NCBI GenBank assembly: GCA_963797795.1
Contig: CAWCQY010000002.1
Location: 7,846 to 71,845 of the forward strand
Length of the DNA: 64,000 nt
From: an uncultured Acidobacteriota bacterium
GTDB lineage: Bacteria; Acidobacteriota; Terriglobia; Terriglobales; Acidobacteriaceae
Direction of reading: 5' to 3'
Shown in pieces: positions 47,272 through 57,349 of this stretch. The notes beneath the pieces are model-generated. The model was given only the letters and a program-made list of their open reading frames with translations, was not told where the DNA came from and did no database searches. Every line of letters starts with the position of its first letter. Positions within the stretch are counted from its first letter, which is position 1. A program made the position numbers and the translations under genes.

Positions 47272-47919
47272 GTGGGGGTTCGCATTGTGGATTGGCGAGT
47301 TTCCAAACTACGTCGGTCAATCGAGCAGCACCACGGAGCTGTTTGCTGGATTCACACATGCGAGCTACTTAATGCCGACATTTCTCCTGCTTACGCGGCC
47401 AGACTTTTTGCGCGTCAGACGGGCTACGGTCTGAGGGATTTCAGGAAGAGGAAACGCTTGATGCGGGCTATCGAGCAGTTAATCGGGACGACGTTACCCA
47501 TAAAAGTAATAGCAGCCGAACTCGGGTATCGAGTGCCTTTTGACTTTACCCGTGTTTTTCGGAAGGAGTACGGCCTAACGCCGACGAAATTTCGTAACAT
47601 CTGGCACCCTTATCCGCCCCACCGGGAGATAGACCCCAGCTCCCAAGTCCAAGATCTGCCTGAACAAGATAGCTTGAATCTAACTGCTCGGTCCTACTGT
47701 CTATTGGCGTCGCCGAAGAGGGAATTGGTGCGTGAACTATCAGGGGCGAAGCTCGAATGCTGTACCGCAACCCAGGCCCTGGCATCCCGTTCCCCCCAAC
47801 ACGGTCACGCCGTACAGATGGCCCCACTTGCCCCAGGCCAAGCCGCCCGTGCATCCCGCACCTTCGGGAGCGATAAATTTGTGGAGCGTAATTTCGGTCC
47901 AAACAGTGGCTTCTCCTGA
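47272..47919 (+). CDS. AraC-type HTH domain protein, probably an N-terminally truncated remnant
   Basis: Only the ~100-aa AraC DNA-binding domain is present (ISPAYAARLFARQTGYGLRDFRKRKRLMRAIEQL, IAAELGYRVPFDFTRVFRKEYGLTPTKFRN). GTG start. The last 180 nt overlap the convergent GloVer gene. Confidence 0.55.
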   Translation: MGVRIVDWRVSKLRRSIEQHHGAVCWIHTCELLNADISPAYAARLFARQTGYGLRDFRKRKRLMRAIEQLIGTTLPIKVIAAELGYRVPFDFTRVFRKEYGLTPTKFRNIWHPYPPHREIDPSSQVQDLPEQDSLNLTARSYCLLASPKRELVRELSGAKLECCTATQALASRSPQHGHAVQMAPLAPGQAARASRTFGSDKFVERNFGPNSGFS

Positions 47920-49029
47920 TGGCGGGCTAAGCCGAAAGGCAGCGCCAGCGTAACCATTCACTCCACTTTGCTGGGTTGCGCCGTAGAGATTTCCGCTGCT
48001 GTCAAACACCATGTAGCCTCCCGGCACAGCGCCATCATTCCCAGCTTGGAAGGCGTACAGGCTGGTGAAGCTCCAGCCTTTACCCTTCTGAGTCAGCGGC
48101 GAAAGCTCGAACACCACGCCGCAGCCGAAGCCGCCAGCACAGTTGAGGTCACCACCATACGGTGTGGTCCCATACATGTTGCCAGCGCTATCAAAGGTTA
48201 CGGGACCCTCTGGCCTGATGATGCCATTATTGTTCGGATCGAAAGAGTAAAGCACGTTCTCCTTCCAGCCTTGTCCTTTCTTCGTCGGCGGCTTCAGACG
48301 GTAGACTGCACCCCAGTCATTGATTCCTCCTCCATTCGTTGTCCCATACAGATCTCCATCCTGACCAAACGTTATTCCGGCCCAAGGTTCATCTCCATCG
48401 GGCTTTCCCGTAAATGTGTAAAGGACGCGAAAACGCCACTTGCCGCCTTTCTGCGCTGGCCGCTTCAATTCAAAAACCGTGCCACAGCCACCGTGCCCAC
48501 ACCCGGAGTTCCCGCCTAGCTCAGTTGCGCCATAAATGTCTCCATCTACGCCAAAAACCAGACCTTGAATTGCGCTGCCATCGCTGTTTCCATTAAGCGT
48601 GTAAAGCGGGACGTACCTCCAGGCACCGCCCCTCAAAACTGGCGCCTTCAATTCAAAAATGGTGAGGGTAGAGTTGACACCATACAGGTTTCCGTCTGAA
48701 CCGAGGATCACTGACGTGGGATATTGCTGTCCATTACCTGGAAACTCGTACAGTACAGACTCCTTCCACACTCCGCCTCTAGTTTGAGGCGCGGTCAGCT
48801 TGAACACTGTTCCGGCATTGGAACTACCGCCATAACCACTGACCCCATAGAGGTCCCCGTTGTTCGCCACCGCTGGTACACCGATTAACTCCCACCCGTC
48901 TGCTCCCCGGAATTTATGGATGGTTCGGAACGTGGTATCGCGGCCTAGGGCGGTACTGCCGAGTATCGCGACGCCAACAAGCGTCTGAAAGATGAAGGAT
49001 AGTAATGGTGAATTCCTGCCGGTGGTCAT
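47740..49029 (-). CDS. GloVer (Gloeo_Verruco) tandem-repeat secreted protein
   Basis: 429 aa with the same repeat as 18035-19219 (GDLYGVSGYGGSSNAGTVFKL, GNLYGATQQSGVNGYAGAAFRL, C-terminal GCGTAFELRP). Confidence 0.85.
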   Translation of the reverse strand: MTTGRNSPLLSFIFQTLVGVAILGSTALGRDTTFRTIHKFRGADGWELIGVPAVANNGDLYGVSGYGGSSNAGTVFKLTAPQTRGGVWKESVLYEFPGNGQQYPTSVILGSDGNLYGVNSTLTIFELKAPVLRGGAWRYVPLYTLNGNSDGSAIQGLVFGVDGDIYGATELGGNSGCGHGGCGTVFELKRPAQKGGKWRFRVLYTFTGKPDGDEPWAGITFGQDGDLYGTTNGGGINDWGAVYRLKPPTKKGQGWKENVLYSFDPNNNGIIRPEGPVTFDSAGNMYGTTPYGGDLNCAGGFGCGVVFELSPLTQKGKGWSFTSLYAFQAGNDGAVPGGYMVFDSSGNLYGATQQSGVNGYAGAAFRLSPPSGEATVWTEITLHKFIAPEGAGCTGGLAWGKWGHLYGVTVLGGTGCQGLGCGTAFELRP

Positions 49030-49361
49030 CTGAGTTCCCCGCCTACGACGAAGGCGCGACTAGCGTGGAATGCACTATACCACATGCAGAGCTGATACGC
49101 GCTCACAAACAGCAGGAGCGCTCATCAGGTTTTCCAAAAATCCCATTCTCTGGAAAATCCAGCCCAGCCTGTATCCCAGAGATCCGTCGCTTGCACGAGC
49201 CGCCAAATCAAGAGCAGGAAATGCTGCTTAATTGTGGATGACAAGAACTAAGCGCATGTGCATTATTAACGACACCACTCAAGACGTTGAGCGAGTTCCT
49301 AAGAATATCGGTGAAGTACTCGTTTACGCTGAGAGGACATTGGGCGGGTCAGGAGGACAAA

Positions 49362-50435
49362 ATGATAACCGGAAAAGTGCAAAGGTGGTTGTGGCTTTTG
49401 GCGGGCCCGATAGTCCTTGCCTGCTGCCTGTCGAACCAAGTGATTGCGCAGACTGCTGGCGACAACGCGGTATGCAATTCAATGGCAGCCTGTTCGAACC
49501 AGAAGGCCTCGCCCGCTTCCATCGATGCCAGTGTGTTTTCGGGAGGAAGCGACGTTTGTGCTCAAATCCGCAACGCGTTAAGCCGTCTTCCGGCTACAGG
49601 CGGAGTCATTGACGCCCGAGGCGTCACGCCCCTCACCGGACATATATTTAGCTGTGCCACCGGGACTCCGTGGTTTGACGGCAGTATCTACACTTCCATT
49701 CCGTCCGAAATCCTCCTGCCTGCGGGGCAGATCAACATGACCGAGCCTTGGGTTCTTCCCAGCTCGACCCGCCTCTTTGGGATAGGTGTGTTTGGCGACG
49801 GATCCAACAGCCCTGGTACCACTCTTAGTGCATGCACCATTGGCGGATCATGCCCAATCCGTGCGGGTGGGGCTATGGTGCAATTCGGGGGTACGGATAT
49901 ACATGGCCATAACTTCTGCACGACCTGCAGTGGAATTTCCGTAGAACACCTAATTTTGAATGGCGCGGATTCGATGTCCAATCCGCAGAATTTTGTCGGA
50001 ATTCTGAATAAGAACGCTCAAAACGGGTCTTACGTTAACCAAGTGACCATCGAAAACATCGCAGTAGCATCTGGCTCCTCCGCCATCGGCCTGCAGATCG
50101 GCGCTCCCGGCGCTCCCGGGGCTAGCGGCGCCATAAATTCAGGACCTTACACGAATATTTATTTCAACGGCAGCAGCAGCCAGAACACATTCCCAGGAAC
50201 TACAAAATGCGTCGAGATCTACCAGTCAGCAACCCTTGGTTTGCATGGAATAACTTGCACAGGAGGAAGCGTTGCAACGCCAACTGCAGCGATATACCTT
50301 GACGCATCGAATACAACTGTTGAGGACGCACATATTGAGAATTTTACTGATGGTATTCAGGTAGGAGCAAACCAAGCAGCGCAGGCCGATGTTCTGGAAG
50401 ATAGAACCGAACGCCGTGAACTCTGGGCCCTATGA
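49362..50435 (+). CDS. secreted right-handed beta-helix (pectate-lyase-fold-like) protein, C-terminus apparently disrupted
   Basis: ATG 49362 after AGGAGG. Signal peptide WLWLLAGPIVLACCLSNQVIAQ. Beta-helix-like rungs (ISVEHLILNG, VNQVTIENIAV, VEDAHIENFTDGIQVG). The ORF ends abruptly in ...DVLEDRTERRELWAL. Confidence 0.65.
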   Translation: MITGKVQRWLWLLAGPIVLACCLSNQVIAQTAGDNAVCNSMAACSNQKASPASIDASVFSGGSDVCAQIRNALSRLPATGGVIDARGVTPLTGHIFSCATGTPWFDGSIYTSIPSEILLPAGQINMTEPWVLPSSTRLFGIGVFGDGSNSPGTTLSACTIGGSCPIRAGGAMVQFGGTDIHGHNFCTTCSGISVEHLILNGADSMSNPQNFVGILNKNAQNGSYVNQVTIENIAVASGSSAIGLQIGAPGAPGASGAINSGPYTNIYFNGSSSQNTFPGTTKCVEIYQSATLGLHGITCTGGSVATPTAAIYLDASNTTVEDAHIENFTDGIQVGANQAAQADVLEDRTERRELWAL

Positions 50436-51067
50436 GGACATTACGTTTTCTGGCGAACAGAGCCAGGCACCTGCTGAACAAGGTCCAGCTTGTGTCAGCC
50501 CAGGATAGCGCCCGGATGGCGGCATTGCCGCATCCCACTCGGTAGGTCTTCGAGCCTGTGTGGGCCACCGGCGCATGGAACCAATCCACCGTCTTTGTTA
50601 GAAACGATCATTGAGGGAGTAGTCAGATTCTCTGCGACCCCCGTAGTTCCCCGGCCACGCACGTACACGTTTCAAGATCGAACTGTTGACTGGTCCGCCG
50701 GAGGATATATTAGCCAGAACAAAACGCTCTGACTGCGAACCTCGTCCGAGAAACCTGAGGGGGTCGTGATGCTCGAATATCTAACATGGTAAGGCGGCAA
50801 AGAAGAAGAGATAGCAATAGTGAGCCCTGAGGAACATGAAGTCACTCCACGAAGTGGCCCGTTAATGGCGATCGAGTCTCGAAATGGTATCGCCCCCGCC
50901 CGCACATACGAGCGACACCGCCCGCAACTGATTTGAACCCACCCGCCACAGCACACAACCCCCAGTCTATACGCAGTTTCGTCAGCATCCACGTGGGTTC
51001 AGTTACACTTTCGTTTTGTTTCGGGGGGCGCTCTGGGACCCCTTCCTTCCCTCTTCCCCCAACCTCA

Positions 51068-51096
51068 TTGACTTGCCGGTTTACGCCACGTAAGAT
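51068..51096 (+). promoter_or_regulatory. sigma70-like promoter candidate for the STAS gene
   Basis: TTGACT (51068-51073), a 17-nt spacer, then TAAGAT (51091-51096), about 55 nt upstream of ATG 51150. Confidence 0.45.
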
Positions 51097-51149
51097 TCGC
51101 CACGCAAACGATCAGCTGTACTGAGTCAATTCAAATGTGAGGAGGCGTG

Positions 51150-51851
51150 ATGCAGTTGCGCCTGGAAAGCCGCCCGGTTGGCGATGTGTTGGTTATTGAG
51201 TGTCACGGACGGATCGTCGCTGGGAGTGAAGTCTTTACGCTGCACTCTTACGTGGGAGACTCCTTCATCAAGTACAGCGACGTGGTGCTGCAACTCGACG
51301 GGGTAGAGTTCATCGACAGCAGTGGGTTGGGAGCGCTGGTGCGCCTGATGCAAGCCGCACGAGCGAAGGGAGGAGATCTCAAACTCAGCGGGGTGCCACC
51401 GAGGATCCGCAAGACGCTTGAGATGACCAGCCTGCTGGCGCAGTTTGAAACTTACGATTCAGTCGAAGAAGCGATCACGGCAGCCTATTTGGGCTCGCGC
51501 TATTCGCGGGGAAAGACCGGTGACGCAAGGCCGCGAATGCTTTGCGTCTACGAATCAACGGATATGCGCACATTCCTGCGAGAGGTGTTGTGCAGCGCCG
51601 GGTACAATGCCATGACAACGGCGACCATCGACGACGCCAGAATCCTGCTCAAGGCAACGCGGGCGAAACTGGTTGTTATTCCGGCGCGCCTGCAGTCCGT
51701 ACACGGAAAGCCGACGCGCAGGATGTTGGAGGAAATCGATCCGGCGGTCTCTCTCCTGGTTTTGGACGACAACTTCGCCAGCCAGGATCCTGGAGAGGCC
51801 GCGGAGAAACTGTTGAGCGGCGTTGGCAGCCAGTTGTCGGCTCCTAGTTAA
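51150..51851 (+). CDS. STAS-domain (anti-sigma-factor-antagonist-like) protein fused to a degenerate receiver-like domain
   Basis: RBS GAGGAGG. STAS motifs LVIECHGRIVAG and VEFIDSSGLGALVRL. The C-terminal half (RMLCVYESTDMRTFLREVLCSAGY, KLVVIPARL) has a CheY-like pattern but lacks the acidic pocket and acceptor Asp. Confidence 0.8.
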   Translation: MQLRLESRPVGDVLVIECHGRIVAGSEVFTLHSYVGDSFIKYSDVVLQLDGVEFIDSSGLGALVRLMQAARAKGGDLKLSGVPPRIRKTLEMTSLLAQFETYDSVEEAITAAYLGSRYSRGKTGDARPRMLCVYESTDMRTFLREVLCSAGYNAMTTATIDDARILLKATRAKLVVIPARLQSVHGKPTRRMLEEIDPAVSLLVLDDNFASQDPGEAAEKLLSGVGSQLSAPS

Positions 51852-51873
51852 CGAACGTGGAGCCAGCCGGCTT

Positions 51874-54810
51874 TTATAGCTTGGCGTATTCCGACTTGGC
51901 TTGTTTCAGAATCGGAATGTCGGGGTCGGCGTCCTTCCAGAGGGCGAAGAAGTCCTGATAGGCGGCGCGGCTCTTCGCGGTGTCGCCGGAGAGCGCGTAG
52001 GCACGGCCGAGTCCAAGTTGGGCCATCGACATCAGGGGATCGGTGGGAGAAAAATTGTGCAACAGCAATATTTTCTGAAACTCTTGCTCCGCTTCGGGTC
52101 CCTGTCCCGCCTTCAAATAGGCCAACCCTCGAAGGTATAGGCTCGGTGCATTTCCCTTATCGTAGGGCAATGCTGACTTCAAAAGGTCCAGAGCGTTCTT
52201 TGCGTTGCCACTGTTCAGTGCCACCGCGGCTTGCACGAACGGAACGTAGAGCAACTGGAGCAGAGTGTCGTTGGGGCGTTCTTTCGCAACGGCGGAGGCT
52301 ATTTCAAGCGCCTTCTTGTCGTCGCCCCCGAATGCCATCGCGCTCGCCGCGAACATCCGGACAACGTAGTCTTGCGAAATCGCTAAAGCGGCCTTGGCAG
52401 CTTCCGCAGATTGTTTGGGATAGCCGAAGATTGCGAGCATCCACGCCTGTGCGTTCAGAGATCCCGCTTCCGAATCCTTGAGCTGCAAACGACGGGCGAC
52501 CTGCTCGTTCTTCTCATAGAAGTCGCGTGCCTGTTGAGTCTGTCCCCGGGAGGCGGCGATGTCTCCGTGGCGGTTATTGACGTTCAATGCCAGGTCCGGC
52601 TGATCGCGAAGAAGGGCTTCTTCCTTCTCCATAGTCGCTATGTCGCCCTGCGCGTAGGCTATGTTGGCAAGGTTGTCGTGCAGACCGATAAAAGTCGGAT
52701 TCCGCTGCAGCCCGGCATTCAAGACCGCCTTGGCTTCGTCCACGCGGTTCAGGCCCAGGTATGCGCCTGCTGACAAGTAATAGCCCCGGTATTCGTCCGG
52801 ATCTACCCGGATGGCCTCCTGCGCGTCGGCCAGCGCCTTTTCAAACTCTCCGAGAGAGAACAGATAGGTGGCCGCCAGGTTCACATACGGAGTCACGTCG
52901 CGAGGATAGGTTTGCTTGTACAGTTCGTAAGCCGCAATCCCTTTTTCCAGTTCCCCATTGTCGGAATAATAGTGGGACGTGATGTACAACCTCTCGCGCT
53001 CGCTGGTTCGGTCTTTCAGTTCGAAAGCCTTATTCCGATATTGCTCGGAAGTATCCATTTGGCCGAAATTGCTGTACACGGTGCCCAAGCGGGCATAGGC
53101 CATGGCGAAATTCGGGTCGAGTTCAGCGGCGCGCTTGTAAAGAGGAATAGCCTCCAGATCGTAGCCGGAGGAGTGCTTCACATCTCCCAGGGAGAAACTC
53201 TTCAACGCCTCCAGTGAGGAGGTCGTGGCTTCTTCCAGCGGCTTGTCGAACTTCTGAATCGAAGCCAGGGACTCGCCCAGTTTTTCGCGCAACTGGGTAG
53301 TGATGGTGTCCAGAGTTTTCAGTACTTGTTCTTTGCTGTCGGCCCGGCCTTGCACTTGCGCCAGAGTGTCGCCGCTGGAGGCATTGATGGCGTCGAGCGT
53401 CACCACATACTGATTGCCCAGACTGGCAATCGAGCCCGCCACCAGAGCTTTAACACCATTCCGCTGGCAGATTTCACGCGCGGTTTCGAGGGTGACCCGC
53501 TCGCTGGCCGGCTTCCCCATCAGGGCCAGCGTTTGCCTGGCCTTGGCCTCGGAAAATACGTTCAGGTACGGAGATTGCTCGAGGTCTACCGCCAAGGCTT
53601 TTTTGAGGGTGCCGTCAAACACCTGGTCGTTGGTGGTGTTGACGAAGTCCGCGATAAAGATCGAGTCCTTTTCGGTGATCGCGTGGGTTTTGTACGAGCG
53701 CAGAAAGAAGATGCCACCGGCGATTAGCACCGCCGACACGAGTGCAGCGAAGACGAGGATCCTCCACCGGTTTGATCCGGCCACTGGCACAGCGGTCGAC
53801 CCGCTCGCCGGGACGACAGGCACAACCGCGGAACTTGTTCTCTGCGGAACTTCGACTTGAGCCGACGCAGATGAAGGCTCGACCACGGGACTCGAAGGTG
53901 CTTCCGCAGCCGGACTGGCCACCACGGCGCGTCCGGAGTCGGTATCGCGCTTCAGGCGCTGCAGATCGGCTTTGAGGTCGGCGGCGTGCTGGTATCGAAG
54001 GTTCCGGTCTTTCTCTAAGGCTTTGTTGATAGTTCGTTCGAGGTCGGCTGGTATTTCGCGATTCAGCCGCACCGGCGCGACCGGAGCTTTATGAAGAATG
54101 CCGTCAAAAATGGCGCCCGATGTCCCTCCGTGGAATGGCAACCCGCCGGTTGCCATCTCGTACAGGACGACTCCGAAAGAGAACAGGTCGGTACGGGCGT
54201 CGAGTTCCTTCCCTAGAACCTGTTCCGGCGACATATACGCCACCGTGCCCAGCGCGGTTCCGGGGCTGGTGAGGTGCTCAATGCTGGCTCCCGCCGTGGC
54301 TTCGGACCCAATCTCTGCCGCTTCCGGCGTGCGCCCTGCGGTCGTCACCTTGGCCAATCCGAAGTCAAGAATTTTAGCGTGCCCGCGCTTGGTGACGAAG
54401 ATATTGGCGGGCTTGATATCGCGATGCACGATGCCCTCGGCGTGGGCAGCGTCGAGTGCGTCCGCGATCTCGATGGCCAGGGAAAGCAGGACTTCGGTTT
54501 CGAGCGGCCGCCCACCGATGCGATGCTTCAAAGTCAACCCATCCAAAAACTCCATGGCAATGAATGGATGCCCCTCGTACTCCCCGATGTCATGAATCGT
54601 GCAGATGTTCGGGTGATTTAAAGCGGACGCTGCCTGCGCCTCGCGCTGGAAGCGGGCCAGTGCGGAAGAATCTTTCGCTACTTCATCGGGCAGAAATTTC
54701 AGAGCTACGAAGCGATGCAGCCGGGTATCCTCGGCCTTATAAACGACGCCCATACCGCCGCCGCCGAGCTTCTCGATGACGCGATAGTGCGAGATGGTTT
54801 GGCCGATCAT
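51874..54810 (-). CDS. Hanks-type Ser/Thr protein kinase with a TM segment and a large TPR-repeat extracytoplasmic domain
   Basis: Kinase motifs [32 protein letters not shown] and YMSPEQ. One TM ([20 protein letters not shown]) is followed by about 10 TPR units. Confidence 0.95.
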   Translation of the reverse strand: MIGQTISHYRVIEKLGGGGMGVVYKAEDTRLHRFVALKFLPDEVAKDSSALARFQREAQAASALNHPNICTIHDIGEYEGHPFIAMEFLDGLTLKHRIGGRPLETEVLLSLAIEIADALDAAHAEGIVHRDIKPANIFVTKRGHAKILDFGLAKVTTAGRTPEAAEIGSEATAGASIEHLTSPGTALGTVAYMSPEQVLGKELDARTDLFSFGVVLYEMATGGLPFHGGTSGAIFDGILHKAPVAPVRLNREIPADLERTINKALEKDRNLRYQHAADLKADLQRLKRDTDSGRAVVASPAAEAPSSPVVEPSSASAQVEVPQRTSSAVVPVVPASGSTAVPVAGSNRWRILVFAALVSAVLIAGGIFFLRSYKTHAITEKDSIFIADFVNTTNDQVFDGTLKKALAVDLEQSPYLNVFSEAKARQTLALMGKPASERVTLETAREICQRNGVKALVAGSIASLGNQYVVTLDAINASSGDTLAQVQGRADSKEQVLKTLDTITTQLREKLGESLASIQKFDKPLEEATTSSLEALKSFSLGDVKHSSGYDLEAIPLYKRAAELDPNFAMAYARLGTVYSNFGQMDTSEQYRNKAFELKDRTSERERLYITSHYYSDNGELEKGIAAYELYKQTYPRDVTPYVNLAATYLFSLGEFEKALADAQEAIRVDPDEYRGYYLSAGAYLGLNRVDEAKAVLNAGLQRNPTFIGLHDNLANIAYAQGDIATMEKEEALLRDQPDLALNVNNRHGDIAASRGQTQQARDFYEKNEQVARRLQLKDSEAGSLNAQAWMLAIFGYPKQSAEAAKAALAISQDYVVRMFAASAMAFGGDDKKALEIASAVAKERPNDTLLQLLYVPFVQAAVALNSGNAKNALDLLKSALPYDKGNAPSLYLRGLAYLKAGQGPEAEQEFQKILLLHNFSPTDPLMSMAQLGLGRAYALSGDTAKSRAAYQDFFALWKDADPDIPILKQAKSEYAKL

Positions 54811-54880
54811 AGCGCGATCATACTATGGGCCACGGAGCGGCAAGTCAATTGTCCAGAATTGCTCTTTCTCCAACCCGCGA

Positions 54881-55543
54881 CTACTCGAACTGCTTTTGGA
54901 AGCCAGCGAACTGTTGTTTCAGGTCGGCTATTTGTTTTCTAAGATCAGACAGTTCATTTTCCAGCCGTGCGAACCGGTCGGCTTCGGCTGAGGTGCTCGC
55001 GGCAAACACAGGCGAGGGTGCACGCACCGCATTTGGATCGTCCTCCACATCGCCTGCGAGCAAGTGCTTGTAGCGGGCTTCCTTGGTTCCGGGTTGTCTG
55101 GGGAGAACTCTTACCAACGGAGGTTCGCGCTGCATCAAGCGTTGCAAGGTGGATTGCACTTCAGTGAGGTCTTCGAAGGGGTGCATCCGCTCGCTGCGGC
55201 CACGGAGTTCGCCGGGCGTTTGCGCGCCTCGTAGCAACAACACGCAGACGATGGCGGTCTCGCCGCGAGTGAAGTTGAAAGCTTCCTGAAGGCGATGCTC
55301 ATACTTGGTGACGCGCCTGTCGGCGCTGCTGGTCGGACCGGCGAGACGTTTCTCCTGGAGCGTGGTCAAGGCCTGGCGCACCGCATCTTCGTCGAGATTC
55401 ATTACCGGATCGCGGTTGTTTTTCTGGTTGCAGGCGTTGACCAACGCGTTCAGCGATAGAGGATAGTAATCGGGAGTGGTGACATCTTTTTCCAAGAGGG
55501 AGCCAAGCACCCGGATTTCGACCTCGTTCAAGATCATTTCCAT
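54881..55543 (-). CDS. yceH: YceH-family (DUF480/UPF0502) protein
   Basis: Strong resemblance to E. coli YceH throughout (EIRVLGSLLEKDVTTPDYYPLSLNALVNACNQKNNRDPVMNL, LLLRGAQTPGELRGRSERM). Confidence 0.85.
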   Translation of the reverse strand: MEMILNEVEIRVLGSLLEKDVTTPDYYPLSLNALVNACNQKNNRDPVMNLDEDAVRQALTTLQEKRLAGPTSSADRRVTKYEHRLQEAFNFTRGETAIVCVLLLRGAQTPGELRGRSERMHPFEDLTEVQSTLQRLMQREPPLVRVLPRQPGTKEARYKHLLAGDVEDDPNAVRAPSPVFAASTSAEADRFARLENELSDLRKQIADLKQQFAGFQKQFE

Positions 55544-55815
55544 TGGACGACTCCCTTGAGACTGTCAGAGTCTTAGCGATTGTACAGAAGCTCCGGGCAT
55601 TTGATTTATGAGGTGCGAAAAGGCGAGTCGAGCTCCGCTCGACTTGGCGGACGAGGGCGTCCGCCGCTGCGGGAGCTGATCAGTCGGATAGATTCCTTTA
55701 ATCTGTCCCATAAGCTTTTTTGATTGGCAGCGGGTGGTTCCCCGCGATACCCTACCAAGTTCCGATCATCCCCCGAAACACATCTGAGTTGGTTACGAAA
55801 CTTATAAGGAGATGC

Positions 55816-57246
55816 ATGCCGACCGAACTGCGAAATTTCCTGGCCATCCCGTACGACGAACTGGAAGAGATGAATTTGAGTGCGAAAGAGCAACGCCTGA
55901 ATCGGGTTGCTACGCACAAGATTCAGGAGGAGCGCCTCAAGTACTTAACCGGCGAAAAACGGATCAAGGCCGTGACCGTGCTGTTCAGCGACCTGGAAGG
56001 CCGTCTGCATATGCTCGATTACGACAAGAAGTTCCTGATCAAGAGCTGGGACAATCTCACTTTTGACGGGTCGTCCATTCGCGGATTCACGGCTCAGCGC
56101 GAGAGTGATCTTCGCCTCGGCATTGACTGGAGTGCGTTCTACTGGGGTCCGGCCGATGTATTTGGACCGGGCAAAGTGCTGGTGTTCGGCGATGTCATCG
56201 ATAAAGGCGGTACGCCTTACAGTGCGGACATCCGCGGCATTCTCAAGACCTACGCGGAAGGACTGTACCAGAAGAATGGCTACACCCTCAACGCCGCCAA
56301 TGAAATCGAGGGCTTCCTGTTTCAAGGGCCTGATGCGGAGCGCCGCTATCACGAAACCCACAAATTCGACTACGTCAACACCGGGGGCTATTACCATTCG
56401 CTGCCCGGCGATGTGTTACGCACGTTCATCGACACGACGGCGGAAGTGCAGCGCGCGATGGGCTTCCAGAACGAAAAGGATCACCCGGAAGTCGCGCCTT
56501 CGCAGTTTGAAATCAACTACGGCTATGGAGAAGTCGTGGCTGCGGCTGACCAGATTCAACTCTACAAGCTGATTTGCCGCCAGGTCGCGACCAAGATGGG
56601 TTGCACCGCGTCGTTTCTGCCCAAGCCAGTGGTGGGCGTGAACGGCAGCGGAATGCACACCAACGTCTCGATCAACAAAGGCGGCAAGAACCTGTTCTGG
56701 GACGCCAAAGGCGAAGAGAAGCTAAGCAAGGTGGGATGGGAGTTCGTTGATCGCATCCTGACCCACGGCAATGATCTTTGTCTGCTGCTGAATCCCAGTG
56801 TTAACGCGTATCGCCGCCTGGATCCGCACTTTGAGGCCCCTAACCAGATAAAGGCCTCTCCCACGGATCGTGGCTCGATGATTCGCATTCCGATTGGCAA
56901 CGAGAAGAGCATGCGCGTGGAAGTTCGTTCGGTTGCTCCGGACGCGAATCCTTATCTGGTGATGCACTCGATTTTCAAGACCGGCCTCGATGGGGACACG
57001 GCGAAGATCAAGAACCTGCGCCAAGCACAGCGCTACTTGCCGGACAATATCTATGACGCGCTGGCGAATTTCCGCAATGCGGAGTGGACGACGAAACTGC
57101 TAGGCGAAGACGTGAAAGCCCGCTACGCAGACTTAAAGCAGGCTTCGGCGGATCGCTGTCCGCGGTTGCTGGGGACGTTTGTGAAAGCTCCCGAAGTCCA
57201 GTATCACCACGACGTGTACAACCAGTTCTTGTGGAATCTGTTCTAG
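55816..57246 (+). CDS. glnA: glutamine synthetase family protein (type I-like)
   Basis: ATG 55816 after AAGGAG. GS catalytic-domain motifs HPEVAPSQFEINYGY, KPVVGVNGSGMHTNVS, NAYRRL, SMIRIP and VEVRSVAPDANPYL. Confidence 0.9.
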   Translation: MPTELRNFLAIPYDELEEMNLSAKEQRLNRVATHKIQEERLKYLTGEKRIKAVTVLFSDLEGRLHMLDYDKKFLIKSWDNLTFDGSSIRGFTAQRESDLRLGIDWSAFYWGPADVFGPGKVLVFGDVIDKGGTPYSADIRGILKTYAEGLYQKNGYTLNAANEIEGFLFQGPDAERRYHETHKFDYVNTGGYYHSLPGDVLRTFIDTTAEVQRAMGFQNEKDHPEVAPSQFEINYGYGEVVAAADQIQLYKLICRQVATKMGCTASFLPKPVVGVNGSGMHTNVSINKGGKNLFWDAKGEEKLSKVGWEFVDRILTHGNDLCLLLNPSVNAYRRLDPHFEAPNQIKASPTDRGSMIRIPIGNEKSMRVEVRSVAPDANPYLVMHSIFKTGLDGDTAKIKNLRQAQRYLPDNIYDALANFRNAEWTTKLLGEDVKARYADLKQASADRCPRLLGTFVKAPEVQYHHDVYNQFLWNLF

Positions 57247-57314
57247 TCCAGTCAAGGAATTGGGACTCTGGTTGTGCGGCAGCGCGGCACGTGAGACAAT
57301 AGCTAGGTAAGAAA

Positions 57315-57349
57315 GGCCGGACTGAGCAATCAGTCCGGCCTCTTCTTTT
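57315..57349 (+). terminator. Rho-independent terminator of glnA
   Basis: A 10-bp stem (GGCCGGACTG at 57315-57324 and CAGTCCGGCC at 57331-57340), a 6-nt loop, then the T-rich tail TCTTCTTTT. Confidence 0.75.

Noticed and set aside
41165-51100. Claiming uniformly low GC for the tRNA-adjacent block
   Set aside because: My hand counts are inconsistent (27-29 of 60 in two samples but 39 of 60 in another). Composition cannot be used as evidence without a proper windowed calculation.
55544-55815. Glutamine riboswitch or other known leader upstream of glnA
   Set aside because: I could not find the conserved glnA-motif core by eye. Only the generic hairpins reported separately are present.
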